Shown: one piece after another, positions 28,797 through 37,884 of the stretch
How positions within the stretch are numbered: position 1 is the first letter of the stretch
How the letters are laid out: each line of letters begins with the position of its first letter
DNA from: an uncultured Acidobacteriota bacterium
GTDB taxonomy: Bacteria > Acidobacteriota > Vicinamibacteria > Vicinamibacterales > UBA2999
Assembly (NCBI GenBank): GCA_963786365.1
Contig: CAWAYR010000020.1
Span: 7,623-71,622, forward strand
Direction of reading: 5' to 3'
DNA length: 64,000 bases
Program-made: the position numbers and the translations under genes
Notes under the pieces: generated by a model
What the model was told of the DNA's origin: nothing
Databases searched by the model: none
What the model saw: only the letters and a program-made list of their open reading frames with translations

Positions 28797-29168
28797 CTAC
28801 CCTTTCGTACGACTCCGACGGTCGTGCAGCCGCTCGAACTCACGCTTCAGAGCTTCGAGTTGGTCGTCGTCGAGCTCCTCGAGTTGAATGAGCTGCGGCC
28901 GCGCTCCGGCAGTGCTTCTGATCAGCTCATCGAGCTTCAATTGCAGCGCTCGCGTGTCGCGGTTCTGCGTGTTCTGCAGCAGGAACGCCACGAGAAACGT
29001 CACTTGAGACGCTGCCGTGTTCATCGTCAACTGCCACGTGTCCGAGAACTGAAAGACAGGACCGAGCAGGAGCCACACGGTCGTCAACACGAGATTCGCA
29101 GTGAAGGCCCATGGAGAGCCAATCACGGCCCCGGTTACGTCAGCAATTCGTCTGAATCCATTGGTCAT
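28797..29168 (-). CDS. Low-affinity iron permease family protein (PF04120-like)
   Basis: ORF 28797..29342; ATG 29168 is preceded by GGAGGA. It reads MTNGFRRIADVTGAVIGSPWAFTANLVLTTVWLLLGPVFQFSDTWQLTMNTAASQVTFLVAFLLQNTQNRDTRALQLKLDELIRS.... Confidence 0.8.
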   Translation of the reverse strand: MTNGFRRIADVTGAVIGSPWAFTANLVLTTVWLLLGPVFQFSDTWQLTMNTAASQVTFLVAFLLQNTQNRDTRALQLKLDELIRSTAGARPQLIQLEELDDDQLEALKREFERLHDRRSRTKG

Positions 29169-29474
29169 GATTCCTCCAGGGCAACGACCGACGATATCAG
29201 GCCGACGTAACGCGTCCGGGGAGGCGTCGGGCCTTCCGGCTCCCGACCGAAAACCTTCGACGTGGCCGCCGGACGGCGGAGCGTGCGTCGATCCATGCCG
29301 CGCCGTGCAGCGCGCGGCTGCGTCAGCTTGTACCGGCAGCACCGGCAGCAGTGTTGAGCGCGATGCCCGGCAACCGGCGTCCTAATCTCTGCCGTGGATC
29401 CGGCCGAAAAACACAGAGACGGGTCTGCAGCGCGAGAGGCCAAGACGGGAGTCCGAGCGGTCCCTCCTTCATCT

Positions 29475-31583
29475 ATGACACCAAGCCGATCGAGCGAGGT
29501 TGCCGCCGGCGCGGAACTATGGGACTGGGATCCGGCTACCAACCGGATGCACTTCTCGCCCCGCTGGTTTGCGCTGCTGGGATGTGACGAGCACGAACTG
29601 GGCAACACGCGCGAAGCCTGGCTCGCCCGGGTCCATCCTGACGACGTCGCCTTGCTGACAGACGCTCTCGATGCGCAGCTCGCCGCCGGCACCGGCGAGT
29701 TCGACATCCGTTATCGAATCCTGCACAAGGATGGGACCTACCGGTGGATGTCGTGCCGCGGTGGCGTTCAACGGCGGGCCGACAGTCGCGTGGAGCGCGT
29801 CACCGGCTGCCACGCCGACATCACCGCGACGACGGTCGCCGATCCGCAGAGCGGCCTGCCGAATCGCTGGTTGTTCATCGAGCACGTCACCCGCGCCATC
29901 GGACGCGCCGCCCGCTACGAGGGGTTTCACTTCGCCGTCCTGCTCGTCGATCTTGGTCGCGCCGTCGACAGCGCCGCGGCCCCGGCTGCGATCATCGCCG
30001 ATCCGCTGCTGACGGCGGCGGCACGGCGCCTGGAAACCTGCGTCCGCAGTAATGAGAGCCCGCGCACCATGCGCCACGACGATCTGGTCGCGCGGCTCGA
30101 GGGAGACCGGTTTGGCATCCTGTTGTCCGGCCTGAAAGATGTCGGGCACGCCATCGTTGCCGCCGATCGGCTCCTGGGAGAGCTGCGCGCGCCGTTTCCA
30201 GGTCGGGATGGCCAGGTGATACTGTCCGCCAGCCTCGGCATCGCCGTGAGCGCGACCGGCTACTCGAACGCCGATGACGTCCTCCGTGACGCCGAGACGG
30301 CCCTGCATCGCGCCACCCTCCTGGGAGGGGCGCGCTACGAAGTCTTCGACACCGCGGCGCTGCAGTCGTCTCTCACCGAGCTCCAACTCGAGGCCGAGTT
30401 CGCTGGAGCCCTCGACCGCGGCGAGTTCGCACTTGCCTACCAGCCGATCATCGCGATCGCATCGAATCAGATCGTCGGGTTCGAAGCATTGCTGCGCTGG
30501 CACCATCCGGTCCTCGGCGTGATCGCTCCCCTCGACTTCGTGCCACTCGCCGAGCGAAGCGGCTTCATCGTTCCGCTCGGCCGGTGGGTGCTGCGGCAGG
30601 CCTGCACCCAGCTCACGCGCTGGCAGGGCGACCTGCCTGTGGCAGCTCAGCTCTGGATGGCGGTCAACGTCTCACGCGCGCAGTTTGCCGACGCCGGGCT
30701 GATCGACGACGTCGCGGTGGCGCTGCGTGAGTCGGCGCTCCAGCCAGACCGGCTCGTGCTGGAGGTGACCGAGAGCCTGGCGATGGACGATCCCCTCGGC
30801 GTCAGGAGCGTGCTGATGGAACTGCGCACCCTCGGCGTGCGCGTCAGCATCGACGACTTCGGCACCGGACACTCGTCGCTTGCCAACCTCGGGCAGCTCC
30901 CGATCGACGCGCTCAAGATGGATCGGTCCTTCGTCCGAGGGATCGAGGCCAGACCCGACCTGTACGAAATTGTCGCGGCGGTGTTGGTCATGGCGCGCCA
31001 GCTCGGGCTGCGAGTCGTCGCCGAGGGCATCGAGAACCAGGCGCAGCTGGCAGCGATCCGATCGTTACGAGCCGAATACGGACAAGGCTACGTGTTCTCC
31101 AAACCGCTGTCATCCGACCGCGCAGCGCTCTTGTTGCAGGACGGGCTCTCGATCAGCGTGGCGGACCAATCTGACGTTGCCGCGCCACCACGCACCGACG
31201 CGGCCGCGTTTACTGCGCCACACCGCCGTCGTGACCGCCGGCTGCCGGCCGTCTATCTCATGGCGGCGGCGGCCGGGGTGCTGCTGATGCTTCTGGTCGG
31301 GGCCGCTGCTGACGTGGTCGGCACCGCCACAACCGACGTCAGTTGCCGCGCGCACCCGCGAGCCGGAGAAACTCGGCGCGTCGCCTCCCGCAACCGTTCC
31401 GACCCCGCCGACGGTCGTCAAGCCCGTGTCGCTGCGCGTTCTGCACCAGCATGTGATGGGAAGCTGTCGAGGACGCTTGGTGGTGTCGCGGAACGCGGTG
31501 GCGTTCGTGCCGGACGACGGCGAACGACAAGCGGCCGACGTCTTCTCGTTTCGGTCTGGCGAGTTCCTGCACGAGCTCAGTGA
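29475..31583 (+). CDS. PAS-GGDEF-EAL signalling protein; the ORF tail after about 31300 is probably out of frame
   Basis: ORF 29394..31583 (ATG 29475). PAS region: ELWDWDPATNRMHFSPRWFALLG...YRILHKDGTYRWM. Degenerate GGDEF region: ...VARLEGDRFGILL.... EAL region: ...YQPIIAI...FEALLRW...EVTES...DDFGTGHSSL...LKMDRSF...VAEGIEN...GQGYVFSKP. A hydrophobic span RRLPAVYLMAAAAGVLLMLLVGAAADVVG follows, after which the frame becomes Arg-rich junk. Confidence 0.85.
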   Translation: MTPSRSSEVAAGAELWDWDPATNRMHFSPRWFALLGCDEHELGNTREAWLARVHPDDVALLTDALDAQLAAGTGEFDIRYRILHKDGTYRWMSCRGGVQRRADSRVERVTGCHADITATTVADPQSGLPNRWLFIEHVTRAIGRAARYEGFHFAVLLVDLGRAVDSAAAPAAIIADPLLTAAARRLETCVRSNESPRTMRHDDLVARLEGDRFGILLSGLKDVGHAIVAADRLLGELRAPFPGRDGQVILSASLGIAVSATGYSNADDVLRDAETALHRATLLGGARYEVFDTAALQSSLTELQLEAEFAGALDRGEFALAYQPIIAIASNQIVGFEALLRWHHPVLGVIAPLDFVPLAERSGFIVPLGRWVLRQACTQLTRWQGDLPVAAQLWMAVNVSRAQFADAGLIDDVAVALRESALQPDRLVLEVTESLAMDDPLGVRSVLMELRTLGVRVSIDDFGTGHSSLANLGQLPIDALKMDRSFVRGIEARPDLYEIVAAVLVMARQLGLRVVAEGIENQAQLAAIRSLRAEYGQGYVFSKPLSSDRAALLLQDGLSISVADQSDVAAPPRTDAAAFTAPHRRRDRRLPAVYLMAAAAGVLLMLLVGAAADVVGTATTDVSCRAHPRAGETRRVASRNRSDPADGRQARVAARSAPACDGKLSRTLGGVAERGGVRAGRRRTTSGRRLLVSVWRVPARAQ

Positions 31584-31705
31584 CGACGTCCTGACCATCA
31601 GGTCCAACGAGCGCACTTACCGCTTCAAGGCCGCCGAGAGCAGCTGGCACCGACACCAACCCGCAACTCAAGAAGCTGGCAGCGGCCCTGGCGCGAAATC
31701 GGTGA
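31288..31705 (+). other. Alternative-frame coding segment: Pro-rich linker plus a ~100-aa module with an HQHxxGSCxGxL signature
   Basis: The frame of ORF 31426..31944 is open from 31288: ...APPQPTSVAARTREPEKLGASPPATVPTPPTVVKPVSLRVLHQHVMGSCRGRLVVSRNAVAFVPDDGERQAADVFSFRSGEFLHELSDDVLTIRSNERTYRFKAAES. After one more frame change near 31640 it reads AGTDTNPQLKKLAAALARNR* (TGA at 31703-31705). It is either the real C-terminus of the GGDEF-EAL protein or a small TM-anchored gene starting at ATG 31260. Confidence 0.45.
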
Positions 31706-31796
31706 CCCACCTGAGGTTGAGCCCCGACCTTCCGCTGGTATCCTACCTGCCATGTGGGCACAGCATCAGCGCACGGGTCGGCACAGCACGCGTCGA

Positions 31797-33501
31797 ATGG
31801 TTGCGGGCGTCGCCTTGGTCGCGCTCGTCAGCGGGTGCGGAGGCTCCCCGCCTTCGACTCCTCCGGCAGCGGCCTCACTCGACGGTCCCGACATCGCCGC
31901 CGCGCTCAAGGGATTCCAGGGCAGCCAGATCAAGCAGCACATGAGCGTGCTGGCCGACGACGGGCTCGAGGGCCGCGGCCTCGGCACCGCCGGATACGAG
32001 GCGGCGTTGCAGTACGTCGAAAAGACGGTCACGGGCTTCGGACTCGCGCCGGCCGGCGAGGGTGGCGGCTTCCGGCAGCGGGTGCCGCTGCGCAACAGCG
32101 TGGTCGTCGAGAGCGGAAGCTCCATGAAGGTGCGTTCGGCGGCCGGCACCAAGACCCTGGCCTACGGCAAAGACTACCTGCTCGGGGCCGATCCCCTGCG
32201 CGAGCAGGTCAGCATCGACGACGCGCCGGTCGCGTTCGTCGGCTACGGCGTCAGCGCCCCGACGCTCGGCTACGACGACTATGGGACCGGCATGGACGTG
32301 ACCGGCAAAGTCGTGGCGTACCTGAGCGGTGCGCCGGCGATGCTGCCGAGCAACGAGCGCGCCTATTACTCATCGGGTGCGGTGAAGGAGGCCGAGGCAA
32401 TCAAGCGCGGCGCCATCGGCACCCTCAGCTTCACGTCGCCGGACGACCCGCGCTTCCGCTGGGATGTGAGCGTCGCCACCGGCAAGCAAGGGAGCTACGC
32501 CTGGGTGGACGCGCAGGGCAACCCCAACCGCGGGGATCCGGCGCTGCGCGGCTCGGCGTCCCTCAACCATTCGGGCGTGGCGGCGCTCTTTGCCGGCGCG
32601 GCCAAGCCCGCCGCCGAGGTCTTCGCGGCCGCCGCCAAGAGCACCCCGCAGGCGTTCGACCTGGCGACCCGCGTGTCGCTGGCGACGCGCTCGACCCACC
32701 AGGACGTCGAGAGCGCCAACCTGGTCGCGCGTCTGCCGGGGAGCGATCCGGCGCTCGAGAACGAGCACGTCGTCTACATCGCCCACGTCGATCACTTCGG
32801 CCGCGGCGTGGCGATGAACGGCGACGCGATCTACAACGGCGCGCACGACAACGCCTCGGGCGTCGCCATCGTGCTCGATGTCGCGCGCGCCTATGCGGCG
32901 CTGCCGACGCGGCCCCGGCGCTCGATTCTGTTCCTGTTCGTCACCGCCGAGGAGCGCGGGCTGCTCGGCTCCGACTACTTCGCGCGGCATCCGACGGTGG
33001 CCAAGGACGGGATCGTGGCCGATCTCACGCTCGACATGCCGTTCCTGTTCCACCCGCTGCTCGACATCGTGCCGTACGGCGCCCAGCATTCGACGCTCGC
33101 GGCGCCGGTGACCCGCGCCGCCCAGCACCTGGGGTTGGCCATCGGGACCGATCCGATTCCCGAGCAGGTCCTGTTCATCCGCAGCGACCACTTCAGCTTC
33201 GTGCGCCAGGGCGTCCCGTCCCTCTTCATCAAGAGCGGCTTCCAGACCGGGGATCCGGCGCGTGACGGCGCGGCGATCAACGCCGGCTTACCGCCGCGAC
33301 GTCTACCACAAGCCCAACGACGACATGTCGCAGCCGTTCGACTTCGAGGCCGGCGCGGCGCATGCGCGGCTCAACTTCCTGACCGGCTGGCTCGTGGCGC
33401 AGGAGACGGCCCGGCCCGCCTGGAACGAGGGCGACTTCTTCGGCGGGCTGTTCGGACGTCCCACGTCCCAGGAAACAGGCCTGGCAGCGGCCAAGGAGTG
33501 A
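31797..33501 (+). CDS. M28-family aminopeptidase lipoprotein with a PA domain (one frameshift near 33285)
   Basis: ORF 31752..33590 from ATG 31797 (MVAGVALVALVSGCGG lipobox). It contains ...NLVARLPGSDPALENEHVVYIAHVDHFG...YNGAHDNASGVAIVLDVARAY...LFLFVTAEERGLLGSDYF...SDHFSFVRQGVP.... It continues in ORF 33262..33501 (YRRDVYHKPNDDMSQPFDFEAGAAHARLNFLTGWLVA...*). Confidence 0.85.
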
Positions 33502-33536
33502 GGGCGTTCATGGCGGCCGATCGCGCGGCGCGGTTC

Positions 33537-33560
33537 GTAGGGCGGCTCTTCAGAGCTGCC
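33537..33560. repeat. REP-like GTAG-headed hairpin (single copy) between convergent genes
   Basis: The element is gtagggcggctcttcagagctgcc, with stem ggcggctc/gagctgcc (one G-T pair). It is nearly identical (22/24) to 40965-40988. It overlaps the last 3 codons and stop of the MFS gene and lies 36 nt after the M28 stop. Confidence 0.5.
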
Positions 33561-34899
33561 TTCTGGTCGATTCGAAGCGGATCGGCGTGATCTCGCGCGC
33601 CAGCAGGACGAATAGCCCGTAGCCGATGAGCGGCAGGATCCCGGCCAGCACGAACGGGATGGTGAACGATCCGTAGGCGTCGACCAGTGCGCCGGTCGCC
33701 CACATGAACAGGATGGCGCCGAGGCCGCCGCCGAACGCGGTGATGCCGTAAACGGTACCGACGAACCGCGGCGGCACGATGTCGCCCGGGATGGTTTGTG
33801 TGGTCGTCGCCCAGGCGCCGTGGCCGAGCGTGGCCAGGCTGATGAGCAGCACGAAGCCGAGCGGCGTCGGCGCCAGGATCGCCGGCAGGCTGGCCACCAG
33901 GCACAGCGCGCTCACCAGCATCACGATCTTTCGCGCCGGGTCGAGCCTCCAGCCGCGCTTCATCAGCCGCGACGACACCCAGCCGCCGCCCACTTTGCCG
34001 AGATCGAAAGTCAGGAACGGGATGATGAGCAGCAACCCGATGTTGATCAGCGACACGTCGCGGTGGTTCCGGAGATAGATCGGCAGCCACGTGAAGTAGA
34101 ACCAGCCGGCCGGCTCCTCCATGAATCGCGCCAACGCCACGGCGAGCACGAGGCGCTGCTTCAGGAAGAACGACCACGGCACCTGCTGGCTGGGTGCCAG
34201 CGTCGCCTGTTCGCCCCGGAACGAGAGGATGTGGGTCCGTTCCGCCTCGCTCAGCCGCGGATTGGTCTCCACCGGCCGGTAGTAGCGCAACCACAGCGGC
34301 AGCCACAGCAGGCCGGGAATCGCCACGATCAAGAACGCTACCTGCCACCCGAACCGCGTGATCAGGAACGCCGCCACGACCGGCGTGATCATCGCGCCCA
34401 CCGCCGAGCCGCTCTGGAAGAGGCCGACCGCCGTGGCGCGTTCCTTGGGTGGGAACCACTCGGCGCACACCTTGGTGCCACCCGGGAAGTTCACCGATTC
34501 GGCCACGCCGAGCACGAAGCGCAGCACGCTGAACTGGAAGACGGAGCGGCCGAGCGCGGTCAGGCCGGTGACCACGCTCCAGATGAGCACCGCCACGGTC
34601 AGGCCGCGCCGAGCGCCGACGCGATCCACGAACGGCCCGGCGAGGAGCTGCCCCACGGTGTAGGCCACCAGAAAGGCATTGGCCATCCACGCGATGTCGG
34701 CGTTGCTGAAGCCGTACTCGGCCGCCAGGATCGGCGCTGCGATCGACAGCATCTGCCGGTCCATGTAGTTGTTGACGGTGATCAGGAACAGCAGCAGGCA
34801 GATGAGCCATCGATAGCGGGCCGGTGCGCTCGGGGTGCCGTCGCCGGGGGGCGCGGCGCTCACCGGGTCGGCGGGCGCGAGAGTGGACGGAGTGGCCAT
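33550..34899 (-). CDS. MFS transporter (anion:cation symporter / hexuronate-type subfamily)
   Basis: ORF 33550..34965 from ATG 34899; intact. It reads ...YRWLICLLLFLITVNNYMDRQMLSIAAPIL...GPFVDRVGARRGL...FPPKERATAVGLFQSGSAVG...; 12 TM-like spans. Confidence 0.9.
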   Translation of the reverse strand: MATPSTLAPADPVSAAPPGDGTPSAPARYRWLICLLLFLITVNNYMDRQMLSIAAPILAAEYGFSNADIAWMANAFLVAYTVGQLLAGPFVDRVGARRGLTVAVLIWSVVTGLTALGRSVFQFSVLRFVLGVAESVNFPGGTKVCAEWFPPKERATAVGLFQSGSAVGAMITPVVAAFLITRFGWQVAFLIVAIPGLLWLPLWLRYYRPVETNPRLSEAERTHILSFRGEQATLAPSQQVPWSFFLKQRLVLAVALARFMEEPAGWFYFTWLPIYLRNHRDVSLINIGLLLIIPFLTFDLGKVGGGWVSSRLMKRGWRLDPARKIVMLVSALCLVASLPAILAPTPLGFVLLISLATLGHGAWATTTQTIPGDIVPPRFVGTVYGITAFGGGLGAILFMWATGALVDAYGSFTIPFVLAGILPLIGYGLFVLLAREITPIRFESTRRQL

Positions 34900-34984
34900 G
34901 CCGTGGCCGTGGAGGCTAGCGCAAGTGACAGCCAAATTGACAGCGCCTTGGCTGGTTCGACACACTCGCTTCGCCCGGAACGTG

Positions 34985-36013
34985 ATGCAGGTCCGCGACC
35001 CTCACCCACCCACGCCCATTGCGGGTCCCGACGTCTATCGCCAGGCGCTCGTGTTCGATGGCCTGCTCGCGGCCACGCCTTCGGGTCGTGTCGTGGACGC
35101 GCTGCTGGCGGCCGGCATCAGCGGCTGCAATTGGACGGTGTCCAGCCACAGCGACGAGACGCTGACCGCGATCACCAAACTGACCCAGTTCTACTGGCTC
35201 ATCGAGCAGCTGCCCGATCGGACGCTGCTGGTGGAGCGCGAGGCCGATTTGGTGCGCGCCAAGCGCGAGAGCAAACTGGGCATCGTGCTCGGGTTCCAGG
35301 GCGGCACGCCGCTCGGCCGTAACCCGCACCTGGTGCGCGTCTTCCACCGCCTCGGCGTACGAATCATCCAGCTGACCTACAACGAAGGCAATGCGCTGGC
35401 CCCCGGTGTGCTCGAGCCGTCGGATGGGCCGCTCACCAGCCTGGGCCGGCAGGTCGTGCAGGAGATGAACCGCAGCGGCGTGCTGGTGGACCTGAGCCAC
35501 GTCGGGCGGCGCGCCAGCCTGGAGGCCATCGAGCTGTCGGCCGATCCGGTGATCTTCTCGCACTCCAATCCGCGGGCGCTGCACGACAATCCCCGCAACA
35601 TCACCGACGAGCAAATGCGAGCGTGCGCCGCCACGGGCGGCGTCGTCGGGCTGGCGACGTTCTCGGCGTTCGTCGGTGACACCGCCAACGGCCGCCATCC
35701 CGGGCTCGACGACTTCTTCCGCCAGATGGACCACGCGCTGGCGGTCGTCGGACCCGATCACGTCGGCATCGGTACCGACATTTTCCTCGACCCGACCGAC
35801 GGCGTCTGGTGGCGCGCGGTCACCGGCCGGCTCTACCCGGAGGTGAGCCAGGGCATGACCTACGAGACCCACAACATCGCCGGCTTCATGCACCACGCCG
35901 ACTTCCCCACCGTGGCCGAGGCGATGCTGGCCCGCGGACACGACCAGGCCACGGTTGGCAAGATCCTCGGCAACAACTGGCGGCGCGTGTTCCAGCAGGT
36001 ATGGGATCGATGA
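34985..36013 (+). CDS. Membrane dipeptidase (peptidase family M19)
   Basis: ORF 34835..36013 from ATG 34985; intact. It reads ...VFDGL...GIVLGFQGG...LGVRIIQLTYNEGN...GVLVDLSHVG...PVIFSHSNPRAL...NRNITDEQ...GGVVGL...HVGIGTDIF..... Confidence 0.9.
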   Translation: MQVRDPHPPTPIAGPDVYRQALVFDGLLAATPSGRVVDALLAAGISGCNWTVSSHSDETLTAITKLTQFYWLIEQLPDRTLLVEREADLVRAKRESKLGIVLGFQGGTPLGRNPHLVRVFHRLGVRIIQLTYNEGNALAPGVLEPSDGPLTSLGRQVVQEMNRSGVLVDLSHVGRRASLEAIELSADPVIFSHSNPRALHDNPRNITDEQMRACAATGGVVGLATFSAFVGDTANGRHPGLDDFFRQMDHALAVVGPDHVGIGTDIFLDPTDGVWWRAVTGRLYPEVSQGMTYETHNIAGFMHHADFPTVAEAMLARGHDQATVGKILGNNWRRVFQQVWDR

Positions 36014-36790
36014 CGCGCGCGCCGCTCAAAGAGCGCCTCCAGCGCGGGGAGGTGTGCGTCGGCACGTTCCTGCTGTTCCTGGCCGGCGGCGACGTCGCGC
36101 AGTTCTTCGCCGGCCTCGGCTTCGATTTCCTGGTCCTCGACATGGAGCACGGGTCGCTCGACCTGGCCCGCGCCCGCGAGACCATCCAGGTGGCGCGCGC
36201 CTGTGGCGTGGCGCCGCTCGTGCGCGTGGCCGAGGCGCAATACCACCTGGTGACCCGCGCGCTCGACGCCGGCGCCGAAGGCATCATCCTGCCGCGCGTG
36301 GAGGACCCGCAGCAGTGCCACGACCTGGTGCGCTACGCGCGGTTCCAGCCGGCGGGCGAACGCGGCCTGACCACCTTCGGCGGCCACAACGACTTCGCCA
36401 CCGTGCCCGACATCGCCGCGTTCGCCGCGGCGCGTAATCGCGACGTCCTGCTGTTCGTGCAGATCGAGACGCGGGCCGGGCTCGAACGGCGAAGCGACAT
36501 CCTCTCGGTACCTGGCGTCGACGGCTGCCTGGTCGGCACGGGCGACCTGTCGTTCAGCCTCGGCGTGCCCGGGCAGCTGCAGCATCCCGAGGTGGTGGGC
36601 GCCGTGGACGCCATCTTCGCCGCCTGCCGCGAGCGGCAGCTGATCTACACGCTGCCGGTGCGCACGCCCGAGGACGTGCCGCGCTGGCAGGCCGCCGGCA
36701 TGCGCATGATGACGCTGGCCACTGACGGCGCCCTGCTGGCCACGGGCGCCCGCCAGTTCCTCGCCAATGTGAAGCGCGAGCGACACGCGG
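36010..36790 (+). CDS. HpcH/HpaI-family aldolase (3' end uncertain)
   Basis: The ATG overlaps the dipeptidase stop (ATGA at 36010-36013). It reads MTRAPLKERLQRGEVCVGTFL...DFLVLDMEHGSLD...PLVRVAE...GAEGIILPRVE...LLFVQIETRAGL...GVDGCLVGTGDLS.... The family length (~255-260 aa) predicts an end near 36790. The frame has no stop until 37725, so the ORF 35809..37725 is a chimera. Confidence 0.8.
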
Positions 36791-37095
36791 GCGAAAGGGA
36801 GAAGGCGGCGGGCCAGGATGGGAAGCCCGCTTCAGCCCGGGCACCAAAAGCCGGGCGGCAGACTCGTCCGGCCGGAGTCGGACAAGGGCTCTGGCGGTGC
36901 GCCGCCCGAGGATGTCGAGGATCCTTAGCACCCTGTGCTAGCCTGCGGCCACGATGTGGCGACGCTCCCCCGTCTGCCGCGTGCCCGGGGCTGGCTCCAG
37001 TCAGACCACTGGCTGCGGTGTCTTCGGCGAAGGGACTCTGTCCACCATCGTGCGGCACTTCCGATGGTGAGCAGACGCCTCGAGCTGGAGACGCT

Positions 37096-37725
37096 ATGGT
37101 CTTCCCCGCCGTGATACGCCCCACTGACCGCAGTGCCAGCGGCGTCGGATCGCCGCCACCGCCGCCAGCCGCGCCGCGGACTCGCGACGGCGCGATGGCG
37201 GCGCACGACGACGCCCGCGCCGCGTTCGAAGCCTGCCTCGCCGAAGTGCGCGCGCTCGAGCAGGGGCACCTGCCATTGGCCACCCACCGGTGGGCGGCGC
37301 GGCACCGGGCGATCGGCGAGGCGCGAAACAGCGAGTTGACCGCGTATTGGTGGCGGAACGGTCTGATGGCGGCGCTGAACGTCGCCCTGGTCATCGCCGT
37401 GGTCGCCGTCGTCTCGGCCCATGCGGTCACGGCGGCGGCCATCGCCGCGGTGGCGGCGCTGGGCATCGGCCTGAGTGTGGCGTGGGCGGTGGCGGTCCGC
37501 GCCGGCACGCGACGGCTGGCGCACTGGGAGGCCCGCCTCGAGGCCCTCGACGACGAGGCCCCGACGGGCCGCGAACCGCTTTCCGCCGGCGAACAGCCCG
37601 CGCGGCCGTCGCCCGGGGCGGGCTCGTGGCTGCTCATCGTCGTCTTCGGTGCGTTCTGGGTGGCGGTGGCGCTCGGCTGCGTGTGGGCTGCCCCCCTTGG
37701 AATCGTCGCGACCGGGCGCGGCTGA
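37096..37725 (+). CDS. Hypothetical membrane protein (3 predicted TM spans)
   Basis: This is the second half of ORF 35809..37725. ATG 37096 has GGAG 5 nt upstream (an alternative ATG lies at 37195). It reads ...DARAAFEACLAEVRALEQGH...TAYWWRNGLMAALNVALVIAVVAVV...AAVAALGIGLSVAWAVAV...GSWLLIVVFGAFWVAVALGCVWAAPLGIV. I do not recognise a family. Confidence 0.5.
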   Translation: MVFPAVIRPTDRSASGVGSPPPPPAAPRTRDGAMAAHDDARAAFEACLAEVRALEQGHLPLATHRWAARHRAIGEARNSELTAYWWRNGLMAALNVALVIAVVAVVSAHAVTAAAIAAVAALGIGLSVAWAVAVRAGTRRLAHWEARLEALDDEAPTGREPLSAGEQPARPSPGAGSWLLIVVFGAFWVAVALGCVWAAPLGIVATGRG

Positions 37726-37884
37726 ACCGCTCGGCCACCGTCCTCACCCGCTTGCCCGCCGCGCTGCCGGCGAGGCCGATGGCCCGTCCGGACTCCCGGC
37801 GCATGTGCTAGGCTCCGCTCCGCAGGAACAAAGCGTCGCGTCGTCGTCTCGTGCCGTGTGCGGTCCCCTCGAAGGAGGTTGGTC

